Of a stretch of DNA of 64,000 nucleotides, positions 58,889 through 64,000 are shown in pieces. The DNA is from Pyrinomonadaceae bacterium (lineage in GTDB: Bacteria > Acidobacteriota > Blastocatellia > Pyrinomonadales > Pyrinomonadaceae), in assembly GCA_036387455.1 (NCBI GenBank), contig DASVTS010000050.1, positions 17,845 to 81,844 on the forward strand, given 5' to 3'. The notes under the pieces are model-generated. The model was not told the origin of the DNA and ran no database searches. It worked only from the letters and a program-made list of their open reading frames with translations. Position 1 is the first letter of the stretch; each line of letters begins with the position of its first letter. The translations under genes were made by a program, and so were the position numbers.

Positions 58889-59077
58889 ATGGCAGAGACG
58901 GACGAGAAGGCGGGGGCCGGCGGCGGCGTGGCGCGCGAGTCGGGTGCCGCGGGCGAGGAGGGGGCCGAGCTGCGCGCCGAGGAGGAGTCGGCGAAGGCGA
59001 TGGAGGCGGAGGTGCCGCATTCGGCCGGCTACGAAGACCCGGGGCAGGAGCCTCCCGAAGATTCCGGGCGGGGGTGA
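58889..59077 (+). CDS. hypothetical very acidic 62-aa protein
   Basis: The internal ATG at 58889 is preceded by GAAGGAGCAAGAGGGAAG. The sequence is MAETDEKAGAGGGVARESGAAGEEGAELRAEEESAKAMEAEVPHSAGYEDPGQEPPEDSGRG. A strong terminator follows. Confidence 0.4.
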   Translation: MAETDEKAGAGGGVARESGAAGEEGAELRAEEESAKAMEAEVPHSAGYEDPGQEPPEDSGRG

Positions 59078-59130
59078 GGCCGCCGACCGTGGGCGGCTTC
59101 CCCCTGAAACAATCCGCGGCCGACGGCCGT

Positions 59131-59187
59131 AAAAAGTCCGGAAGGATGACAAGAATGTTGCCCGGCGTCATCCTTCCGGACTTTTTT
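59131..59187. terminator. strong bidirectional rho-independent terminator
   Basis: AAAAAGTCCGGAAGGATGAC (59131-59150) pairs perfectly with GTCATCCTTCCGGACTTTTT (59167-59186) over 20 bp with a 16-nt loop. The T-run is 59182-59187 and the A-run on the other side is 59131-59135. Confidence 0.8.
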
Positions 59188-59244
59188 GCTCCCCGAAGGC
59201 CGTCCCCGATTAACAGTCCCACCGCTCTCCCGCGTCTTACGAAG

Positions 59245-60924
59245 ATGATGACGAAAAGCATGCCCCCGCGCGTCGCACAGGCACACGGCGCGTCGCCGCC
59301 GAAGGGCTCGCCCGCGAAAGTGCTCGCCCTCCTGCTCCTGCTCGTCTGCTTCCTCGCACCCGGGCGCGCGCAGGCGCAGAAGCTCCCTTCGCCGGACAAG
59401 GTGGTCGGCGATTACGTGAAGGCCGTCGGCGGCAGGAAGCGACTGGCGGCGCTGCGCGACGCGACCTACGAGTGGGCCGTGCGGCGCGGCGACGCCGACG
59501 CCGGCACCGCGCGCACGCAGTTGAAGACGACGGGCGCCCTGCGCACCGACTTCCTGCTGGCCGAGGGCGGTTGGGAAGCGGCGGCCAACGCGCGCGCCGC
59601 CTGGACGCGCACGCGCGAAGGGCACCTGCGCACGCTCACGGACCGCGAGGCGCTACAGGCGAGGCTCCAGGCGCAGCTTGAGGCGGCGTGGTTCGCGGAC
59701 TACAAGAAGCAGAAAATTTTGGCGCGCACCGTCGCGCGCGAGGAGGTGGGCGGCGAGCCGGCCTACGTGGTCGAGTTCGCTACGCGGGCGGGCGCGCGCC
59801 TGCGCTACTGGTTCGGCGCGACGAGCCGGCTGCTCTTGCAGTCGGAGGACGAGGCGCGCGGGCTGCGCGTGCGCTTCGCGGACTGGCGCGCGCGCGCGGG
59901 CAGCCCGCTCCTGCTCGAACCGCACCGGCTGGAGTTCGCGCGCGAGGGCGAGCCGACGCTCGCGCTCACGCTCGGCTCGGCGGGCTACAACGCGGGGCTG
60001 GCCGAGTCGCTCTTCGAGCCGCCCGCCGACGCCTCGCTCGACCTGCCGGCGCTCCTGCGCGACCTGGCGAAGAATCAGGACGAGACCGACCGGCGCATCA
60101 ACGACTACACCTTCACGCAGAAGATTACGGAGCGCGAGCTGGACGACAAGGGGCGCCTGAAGAAGGAGCGGGTCGCGGTCTACGAGGTCTACCCGATGGC
60201 CGACTACGGCCTGGTGCAGAAGCTCGTCAGCGAGGACGGCGCGCCGCTCGCGCCCGAGCGCGCGTCGAAGGAGGAGAAGCGCGTCGGCGAGGAGTTGGAG
60301 AAGGCCGAGCGCGAGGGGCCGAAGCTCAGGGCGAAGCGCGAACAGCAGCGCGCCGAGCGTAAGGCCAAGCGCAAGGCGAAGGCAGAGAAGGCCGGCGGCG
60401 GGGACGAGGATGAGGAGGAAGACGACGTCGGCATCGCCACGTTCCTGCGCGCGTGCGAGCTGGTCAGCCCGCGCCGCGAGCGCTTCCGCGAGCGCGACGT
60501 CATCGTCTTCGACTTCCGCCCGCGCCCCGGCTTCAAGCCGGCCGACCGCGCCGAGGCCATCGTCTCGAAGCTGAGCGGCGTCATCTGGGTGGACCCGGCC
60601 GAGCGGCAGGTGATGCGGCTCGAAGGGCGGCTCGTGGACAGCTTCAAGGTCGGCGGCGGGCTGCTCGCCTCGGTCAAGCAGGGCTCGGCCTTCGTCTTCG
60701 AGCAGACGCGGCTCGAAGACGGCGTCTGGCTCCCGCGCTTCTCGCAGATCAACATCTCGGCGCGCGTCATGCTCTTCGCCGGCGTGAGCGTCAACGAGAC
60801 GCACGAGTTCTCCGACTACAAAAGGTTCAGCACCAGGACCGGCGAGGACAAGCTCGACGCGCCGAAGAAGGAAGGCGAAAACCCCCCGCAGCAGAAGGAG
60901 GGGGAGAAGCCCCCTCTACCTTGA
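59245..60924 (+). CDS. hypothetical secreted two-module protein (LolA-like N-module plus module shared with the next gene)
   Basis: About 559 aa from the ATG at 59245 (59260 is also possible). The signal segment is AKVLALLLLLVCFLAPGRAQA. The N-module starts VVGDYVKAVGGRKRLAALRD, as in lipoprotein-sorting/LolA-like proteins. A charged KR/E helix lies in the middle, and the C-terminus is ...LDAPKKEGENPPQQKEGEKPPLP. The Arg/Gly-rich upstream part of the track ORF crosses the terminator and was rejected. Confidence 0.6.
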   Translation: MMTKSMPPRVAQAHGASPPKGSPAKVLALLLLLVCFLAPGRAQAQKLPSPDKVVGDYVKAVGGRKRLAALRDATYEWAVRRGDADAGTARTQLKTTGALRTDFLLAEGGWEAAANARAAWTRTREGHLRTLTDREALQARLQAQLEAAWFADYKKQKILARTVAREEVGGEPAYVVEFATRAGARLRYWFGATSRLLLQSEDEARGLRVRFADWRARAGSPLLLEPHRLEFAREGEPTLALTLGSAGYNAGLAESLFEPPADASLDLPALLRDLAKNQDETDRRINDYTFTQKITERELDDKGRLKKERVAVYEVYPMADYGLVQKLVSEDGAPLAPERASKEEKRVGEELEKAEREGPKLRAKREQQRAERKAKRKAKAEKAGGGDEDEEEDDVGIATFLRACELVSPRRERFRERDVIVFDFRPRPGFKPADRAEAIVSKLSGVIWVDPAERQVMRLEGRLVDSFKVGGGLLASVKQGSAFVFEQTRLEDGVWLPRFSQINISARVMLFAGVSVNETHEFSDYKRFSTRTGEDKLDAPKKEGENPPQQKEGEKPPLP

Positions 60925-60947
60925 AGGCCGCAAGGAGTCGCCCGCGG

Positions 60948-61940
60948 ATGAAGTCAGAGTCCCGCACGCACGCGCGGCGCACGCGCGCGGCCGTCACGCT
61001 GCTGGCGGCCGCGCTCCTGCTCGTCACGAACGCGCAGCCTCGCGCGTCCGGCGCGCGCGGGCAGACGCCGGAGGGCGGGGAGGTCGCGGCGCTCCTCCTC
61101 GCCGTCGCGCGCAAGGAGAAGGCGATGCTCGCGGCCCGGCTCGAATACACCTGGACGGTGACCATCACCGAGCGCGAACTCGACCGGCGCGGCGCGGTGA
61201 AGAAACAGACCGTGGAGGTCGCGGAGGTCTACCCCGTGCGCGGCCAGTTCGCGCGCAAGCTCGTCTCGCGCGACGGCGTGCCGGTCTCCGAGAAGCAGGC
61301 CCGCGAGCAGTTGAAGAAGGTGGCCGAGCGGCTTGAGAAGGCCGCGCGCGAGGAGCAGCAGCGGGCGGAGGCCAAAGCCCCGCCGCCGCCGACGCCCGAG
61401 ACGCAGAACCCCACAGGGATGCCCGGCTTCGGCTTCTCGACCGGGCAGAGGCACGGCAACGGCTTCGGCTCAAGCGAAATCTCTATGGCCGTCTCGCGCT
61501 TCTTCCGCTACGCCGAGTTCACCGCGCCGCGCCGCGAGCGCGTGCGCGGCCGCGACGCCGTCGTCTTAGACTTCCGGCCGCGGGCGGACTTCCGCCCCGC
61601 CGACGAAATCCAGAGGCCCTACGCGCACCTCGCCGGCCGCCTCTGGATAGACGACGCCGACAAGGCCGTCCTCCGCCTCGAAGCCTGGCCCACCGACGCG
61701 CCGGGCGCGGCCGCGCCGCCCGAGCCCTCCATCGTCTTCGAGCACGAGCGCCTGCCCGACGGCGTCTGGCTCGAACGCCTCGTCCGCATCAAGACCTACG
61801 GCCGCAAAGACATCTTCAACGGCATCGAACTCGACCTCACCAAAGAGGCCGCCGACTTCAAACGCTTCACCGCCGGCGCCGGCGACGACCGGCTCGACGC
61901 CCCCAAAAAGAAAGAGCCCGAGACCCCGCCGCTGCCCTAA
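60948..61940 (+). CDS. hypothetical secreted protein, paralog of the C-terminal module of the preceding gene
   Basis: 330 aa from the ATG at 60948 (MKSESRTHARRTRAAVTLLAAALLLV). It is collinear with the upstream gene: Y(T)WT/FTQKITERELD..., VVLDFRPRADFRPAD against VIVFDFRPRPGFKPAD, LPDGVWL against LEDGVWL, and FKRFTAGAGDDRLDAPKKKEPETPPLP. Confidence 0.6.
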   Translation: MKSESRTHARRTRAAVTLLAAALLLVTNAQPRASGARGQTPEGGEVAALLLAVARKEKAMLAARLEYTWTVTITERELDRRGAVKKQTVEVAEVYPVRGQFARKLVSRDGVPVSEKQAREQLKKVAERLEKAAREEQQRAEAKAPPPPTPETQNPTGMPGFGFSTGQRHGNGFGSSEISMAVSRFFRYAEFTAPRRERVRGRDAVVLDFRPRADFRPADEIQRPYAHLAGRLWIDDADKAVLRLEAWPTDAPGAAAPPEPSIVFEHERLPDGVWLERLVRIKTYGRKDIFNGIELDLTKEAADFKRFTAGAGDDRLDAPKKKEPETPPLP

Positions 61941-61991
61941 GCGGTGGGCGACTCTTGCGCGCGTCATCGTCAAGCCTTATCGTATGGTGCC

Positions 61992-62210
61992 ATGAGTACG
62001 CAGCTCGAAGAGATTCTTCAGTTGAGCGTGGCCGAGCGCATCCAGCTCGCCGAAGACATCTGGGACAGCATCGCCTCCGACCCGGCCGCGCTCCCGCTCA
62101 CCGACGCGGAGAGGCAGGAGCTCGACCGCCGGCTTGAGTCTCACGCGCGGAACCCCGACGAGGGTCTTCCGTGGGAGGCCCTGAAGGAGAAGGTGCGCAA
62201 GTCGGCATGA
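61992..62210 (+). CDS. addiction-module antitoxin (TIGR02574-like putative addiction module component)
   Basis: 72 aa from the ATG at 61992: MSTQLEEILQLSVAERIQLAEDIWDSIA...LTDAERQELDRRLE. The stop overlaps the toxin start (ATGA at 62207-62210). Confidence 0.7.
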   Translation: MSTQLEEILQLSVAERIQLAEDIWDSIASDPAALPLTDAERQELDRRLESHARNPDEGLPWEALKEKVRKSA

Positions 62211-62503
62211 CGTACAGGGTCGTCGTTCGCCCCGAGGCCGCCCGCGAGATTCAAGAGGCGTTCGACTGGTACGAGGGGCGCAGCGAGGGCCTGGGGCTGG
62301 AATTCCTCCGCGCGGCTGACGCCTGTCTGGCGGGAGTGCGGCGTAACCCCGACGCCTTCCAGTCGGTGCACGCTCAGGTGCGCCGCGCCCTTCTCCGCAA
62401 ATTCCCTTACGCGCCGTTCTACCTCCTCGACGACGACGCGGTCGTCGTCCTCGCCCGCTTCCATGTCAGGCGCAGCCCCGCCGACTGGCAAAGGCGTGCC
62501 TGA
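62207..62503 (+). CDS. type II toxin, RelE/ParE family
   Basis: 98 aa from the ATG at 62207: MTYRVVVRPEAAREIQEAFDWYEGRSEGLGLEF...RRALLRKFPYAPFYLLDDDAVVVLARFHVRRSP, which is the typical ParE-like pattern. Confidence 0.75.
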   Translation: MTYRVVVRPEAAREIQEAFDWYEGRSEGLGLEFLRAADACLAGVRRNPDAFQSVHAQVRRALLRKFPYAPFYLLDDDAVVVLARFHVRRSPADWQRRA

Positions 62504-62583
62504 GAGGCGGAGTCTACTGCCGCTGAAATGTCTTGCGCCTGTGCGCGCTCGCGGCGGGCGGGCTCAGCCGTTACAATCGGGGC

Positions 62584-63936
62584 ATGAAGGATGTTGTCGT
62601 CATCGGGGGCGGGTTCGCGGGCGTGGAGGCCGCGTGGCAGGCCGCGGAGGAGGGCGCGCGGGTGCGGCTCTACGAGATGCGGCCCGTCAGGCAGACGCCC
62701 GCGCACCGCACCGACAGGCTGGCCGAGATAGTCTGCTCGAACTCGCTGAAGTCGGACGAGCCGGGGACGGCGCCCTACCTCCTGAAGGAGGAGCTGCGCC
62801 GCGCCGGCTCGCTCGTCCTCGACGTGGCGATGCAGACGCGCGTGCCCGCGGGCGCGGCGCTCGCCGTCGACCGCCAGCGCTTCGCCGAGTTGATAACCGA
62901 GCGGGTAGAGGCGCACCCGAACATCACGCTCGTGCGCGAGGAGCGGGCGGCGGTTGACGAAGGGGCCGTGACCGTCATAGCCGCCGGGCCGCTCTGCTCC
63001 GACGCGCTGGCCGAGGAGATAGCGCGGCTGACCGCGGGGACGGGGCTCTACTTCTACGACGCCATCGCCCCCATCGTCGCGGCCGATTCCGTCAACACCG
63101 AGGTCGCCTTCCGCGCGGCGCGCTACGGGAAGGGCGGCGACGACTACCTCAACTGCCCGATGAACGAGGAGGAGTACGCGCGCTTCTACGAGGCGCTCGT
63201 CGGCGCGCAGAGCGTGCCCCTGCAACGCTTCGAGGAGACGCGCTGGTTCGAGGCGTGCCTGCCGATTGAAGAACTCGCGCGGCGCGGGGTGGACACGCTG
63301 CGCTACGGGCCGATGAAGCCGGTGGGCCTGCGCGACCCGCGGACGGGGCGCGAGCCTTACGCGGCCGTCCAGCTCCGGCAGGAGAATTTGATGGCCGACG
63401 CCTACAACCTCGTCGGCTTCCAGAATCATCTACGTTACGGCGAACAGGCGCGCGTGCTCCGCCTCATACCGGGGCTGGAGCGCGCCGAGTTTTTGCAGTA
63501 CGGCCAGATTCACCGCAACACGTACATCAACGCCCCGCGCGTGCTCGCGCCGACGTTGCAGATGCGCGAGCGCCCCGGGGTCTTTTTCGCGGGCCAGATT
63601 AGCGGCGTCGAGGGCTACGTCGAGTCGGTTGCGACGGGCTGGCTCGCCGGCCGCAACGCGGCGCGCGTGGCGCGCGGAGAGGCGCCGCTCGAAGCGCCGC
63701 AGAAGGCCGCGACGGGCGCGCTGGCGCGCTACGTCTCGGGCGCCGACGACAGGAACTACCAGCCGGTGAACATAACTTTCGCCCTGCTCGTACCGCTCGT
63801 CGAAGAGGAGCGGCGCAGGTTTAAGAGGAAGCGCGACCGCCACGCGCGGCAGGTCGAGTTAGCACTCGCAGAATGGGACGCCTGGCTTCAAGAGATTCGG
63901 CGCGGGGCGCAGGCGCCGCGGGCGGCGACGCCCTGA
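62584..63936 (+). CDS. trmFO: methylenetetrahydrofolate--tRNA-(uracil54-C5)-methyltransferase
   Basis: 450 aa from the ATG at 62584 (MKDVVVIGGGFAGVEAAWQAA...). It carries TrmFO/Gid landmarks: IVCSNSLKS, VIAAGPL, GFQNHLRYGEQ and FFAGQISGVEGY. Confidence 0.85.
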   Translation: MKDVVVIGGGFAGVEAAWQAAEEGARVRLYEMRPVRQTPAHRTDRLAEIVCSNSLKSDEPGTAPYLLKEELRRAGSLVLDVAMQTRVPAGAALAVDRQRFAELITERVEAHPNITLVREERAAVDEGAVTVIAAGPLCSDALAEEIARLTAGTGLYFYDAIAPIVAADSVNTEVAFRAARYGKGGDDYLNCPMNEEEYARFYEALVGAQSVPLQRFEETRWFEACLPIEELARRGVDTLRYGPMKPVGLRDPRTGREPYAAVQLRQENLMADAYNLVGFQNHLRYGEQARVLRLIPGLERAEFLQYGQIHRNTYINAPRVLAPTLQMRERPGVFFAGQISGVEGYVESVATGWLAGRNAARVARGEAPLEAPQKAATGALARYVSGADDRNYQPVNITFALLVPLVEEERRRFKRKRDRHARQVELALAEWDAWLQEIRRGAQAPRAATP

Positions 63937-64000
63937 CGGCGCGCGCCCTCGCGTCCGGCACGCCCGCCGCGGCACCCCGCGTGGGACGCGCGCTGGCGGC

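Noticed and set aside
58807-59244. Arg/Gly-rich N-terminal 146 residues of the 705-aa track ORF.
   Set aside because: This part reads across the acidic small gene in another frame and straight through the 20-bp perfect terminator at 59131-59187. A signal peptide follows the internal ATG at 59245.

Overview
This 64-kb segment is a very GC-rich bacterial chromosome piece (about 70 percent G+C by eye, with strong GC3 bias). That composition produces many long Arg/Ala-rich antisense shadow ORFs in the supplied track. The gene content (a Ser/Thr kinase-FGE fusion, TPR/BNR/PQQ propeller proteins, a sigma-54 two-component set and many secreted hypotheticals) suggests an Acidobacteriota-like soil bacterium, but that is inference only. 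I can support about 58 protein-coding genes, including one partial gene at the left edge that the ORF track misses. I also support one tRNA-Thr(CGU), several sigma-70-like promoters and intrinsic terminators, and two type II toxin-antitoxin pairs (BrnT-like and ParE-like). Most genes are housekeeping or accessory metabolism: gal genes interleaved with a kynurenine/aryl-CoA ligase set, a BVMO-esterase-SDR cassette, leuS, nfo, ilvE, pilT, copA, lexA, mscL and trmFO. There is no CRISPR array, rRNA, transposase or integrase, and I see no recognisable defence system. Two non-coding signals stand out. First, a 210-bp low-GC array of ten exactly phased 21-bp units with nested long palindromes lies between galE and an SDR gene. 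Second, a recurring architecture of long stop-codon-proximal hairpins has arms made of tandem 7-nt repeats. It occurs in at least five unrelated sequence classes, and one class is present three times. Other items worth a second look are a low-GC HNH-endonuclease islet abutting the 3' end of tRNA-Thr, a histone-H1-like K/A-rich protein followed by a tiny acidic protein, and two paralogous secreted proteins sharing a PPLP C-terminus. I also flag a BrnT toxin with an atypical partner and a roughly 970-bp gene-free interval with an orphan terminator. All functional calls rest on motifs read by eye. No database search was run.
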